Notes under the pieces: model-generated
What the model saw: only the letters and a program-made list of their open reading frames with translations
Told to the model about the DNA's origin: nothing
Databases searched by the model: none
Part shown: positions 61,659 to 64,000 of the stretch, piece by piece
Layout: each line of letters starts with the position of its first letter
Numbering within the stretch: the stretch's first letter is position 1
NCBI RefSeq assembly: GCF_036321535.1
Contig: NC_087459.1
Coordinates: 28,954,001 to 29,018,000 of the forward strand
From: Camelus dromedarius
Lineage: Eukaryota
Reading direction: 5' to 3'
DNA: 64,000 bases
Position numbers and translations under genes: made by a program

Positions 61659-63259
61659 ATGATGACAACCTTGCAGAGTAAAGAAGGTGAGTCAAGAGTC
61701 ATTTTCCTCCCCTTTCTCAGCCTGTGATCAATTTGGACACCCTTCTCACCAAAGAGAAGCTCAGTTCACATATATTTTGTGTCCACTGTTAAAGTTACTA
61801 CTTTTTAGACTCTCTGAGTGAAGTATGTATGACTTAGAAACAATCTTGCTCAAGTAATATATGAACTCATAGGTAGAGAAGAGACATTTAAATATTTATA
61901 ACATAGATTTGAATGTGGTAAATGCCATGGGATAGGTGCAAAGTATTATGGAAGCTCAGAAGAAAGATATATTACTTATACTTGGGAGGATCATTATAAT
62001 TTTCATTACATCATTTGTAGATTTTGACCATTTAAAAAAAATTTCTGATTTCCCATAAAATTTTGCACAAAGTTAAAATAAGCAAATTTTAAAAATTTTC
62101 ACATTTGAATACTTCAGTTTCCTGTGTGCTTATATTTGTCACCTTTGAATTAGTCAGTGGTTCCTAAACCTGGAAGTGCATCAGAATCATCTAGATAGCC
62201 TTGTAAAATGACAGATTCCTAGGCTTCACTTCAAACAGCTTCATCAGAATCTCAGGGCAGGGGTGAGAGGGTGGGGAGCTGGGGGTGTTGAATGAGGAGA
62301 GAGGCCTAGGAATCTGAACTTGTTGAAAGCTCTCTCCAGGTGAGTCTGATATGGTCAATCATTGAGCAATGTTTGGCAATTTTTGTGCTAGATTCCATGT
62401 TTAATAAATTCCATTTGATGATCAAATTTCTTTCAGAAGGTGGGAAGGGACCGAAGAAAACTTTTGCCCCACCTGCACAAAAATTGCATAGCCTGATGCC
62501 CTGTAGCCTTAACTCATCTAAGGAGGAGATCCTGGGGATCAGTTCCCCAGAGGCAGAGGCCAGGCCAAGCCTGCTACAGGCCAGGTTAGAGAAGAAAGAG
62601 GAGAAAGCAACCACAGAAAATGGTCCAGGCGGTGGCCAGGAAATAAAAAGAAAGGCCCAAAACGAGAAGAAAGCAGAGAAGAAAGAAAAGGTAAAAGTTA
62701 CATGGATGGGCTCTAGTGGGACAATTTCTCCTAGTCACCCAGCCTAGGCAAACAGAATCTTTTCATTTCAGAAGAGACATTTAAATATTTATAACATAAA
62801 TTTGAATGTGGTAAATGCCACAGGGGAAATTCATTTTGTAGTTTCAGTTTTTTATTCCTTTTTGGGGGCTTCCATTTTCTTCTCAAGGAGGTAAAAAATG
62901 CTTTGATGAAAGCATTTAGTAGGGAATGCCAGGTAGGTCGGGGCTGAGGTGGGATACAGGTTGAGAGTAGAAGTAGCCAGAGACTTTATAAACTTTCTCC
63001 TTTTCTTTGACTCCTTTACTCCCAGGAATTGTTGGATAGAATTTATGGAATCCTTAGGTTAACTTCATGCTCTCAGCCTTATGAACTTACTGCCTCATCT
63101 AAAGGCAGCTTCCTCGGCTAGTCAGAGAGGAGGACCGGGGAAAGATGAGCAGTTTTTCTCCCCTACCCTTCTCTCTGCAGGAAAAATCAAGTCTTACAGA
63201 TGCAGAATTTGAAGAGATTGTCCAGATTGTGCTACGGAAGTCCCTCCAGGAGTGCCTGG
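61659..63259 (+). CDS. ZCWPW1: Zinc finger CW-type and PWWP domain protein 1, 5' partial; coding exons 61659-61686, 62437-62690, 63181-63259 (continues beyond the window)
   Basis: MMTTLQSKE|EGGKGPKKTFAPPAQK...EKKEK|EKSSLTDAEFEEIVQIVLRKSLQECL matches the recalled human N-terminus. GT-AG phases 1,0,1; syntenic with MEPCE. Confidence 0.93.
62156..62360. mobile_element. MER5-like hAT MITE
   Basis: cagtggttcctaaacctgg...gcatcagaatcatct...cctaggaatctg...ccaggtgagtctgat. Confidence 0.6.
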
Positions 63260-64000
63260 GTATGGCTTATAGAGAGAGTAAAAGAGTCTCAGTTAGGCAA
63301 AGAAACTTATCTGAGGGGTACAGTAAATTTATATCTTCTCTCCTTCCCTCTGTCTTTCTAAGTAAGGAAGTATTAGATGGGACTTTGAAATATTTTTAAA
63401 TCTTCATCTTCTATTAACAGGACTATAGCTAAACCACCTTAGGTGGTAAAGACTTTTAGAAACATAGATTATATTGACTTTAGAATATAAATATAATCTT
63501 GCCTAGATTTTTAAAATATAACTTAAATTTATTTTTACATGTTTACAACCTACTTACAAAAGATAAGTTGTTTTTCCCATATTTGAAGAACTTAGTCTCC
63601 ATCTACCCTTGCATATTTTTGTTTCCAATACTGTTTTAACATATGCTCAGGAATTTGAGTTTTAGAATAAGGAATTCTATAGCATAGGCCCTGAGGCCTT
63701 CTCCATAAAGTAATGGGGCTAAGAAAAATGGTTTGACATTTTCAGCTACTCTTAGGTATAGCTGGAGAAAGTTTGAGAAGGAAATGATATAAAAACACGG
63801 TACATAAAATTTCTGTAATGTACACAAAATAAAATTAACATTACCTGACTATCCTAGAATAGGCAGATCAATCTGGAAAGGCTTGCAAAAGGATATAGAT
63901 TTGCAGTTTTTCCTGAGAATTAAAAAACTTAAAAGTTATATGGTGTGACAAAAGTCCAAAGGTAAGCTCTTCTTGGCAACTAATGGGAGATATTTTAGTG

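Overview
Mammalian genomic DNA syntenic with human 7q22.1, in reversed orientation. It is probably from a camelid, judged from four tRNA-Ala(AGC)-derived SINEs resembling the Vic-1 type. Gene order: NYAP1 (-), TSC22D4 (+), SPACDR/C7orf61 (+), PPP1R35 (+), MEPCE (-), then the 5' part of ZCWPW1 (+). I built the exon structures by hand from GT-AG boundaries and codon phase, compared with orthologous proteins recalled from memory; no database search was run. There are three N gaps: 5549-5744 (NYAP1 last exon), 36580-36788 (inside an L1) and 54291-54430 (covers the MEPCE start codon). The best finding is a phase-compatible alternative first coding exon in TSC22D4 intron 3 (24799-25046). Its end ([13 protein letters not shown]|S) resembles the exon of the long TSC22D3/GILZ isoform (IDQTMLSILLFFH|S), and it predicts a 168-aa isoform lacking the N-terminal RFxV motifs, downstream of a near-perfect RFX X-box. 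Other leads: in-frame TSC22D4-SPACDR read-through options, uORFs in TSC22D4 and ZCWPW1, a SPACDR 3'UTR intron, an orphan CpG-island promoter with a splice donor at about 30.5-31.0 kb, several RFX X-boxes, a sense solo LTR just before the ZCWPW1 ATG exon, and a 51-bp direct repeat flanking a ZCWPW1 coding exon. All regulatory and isoform claims are inferred from sequence and need expression data.
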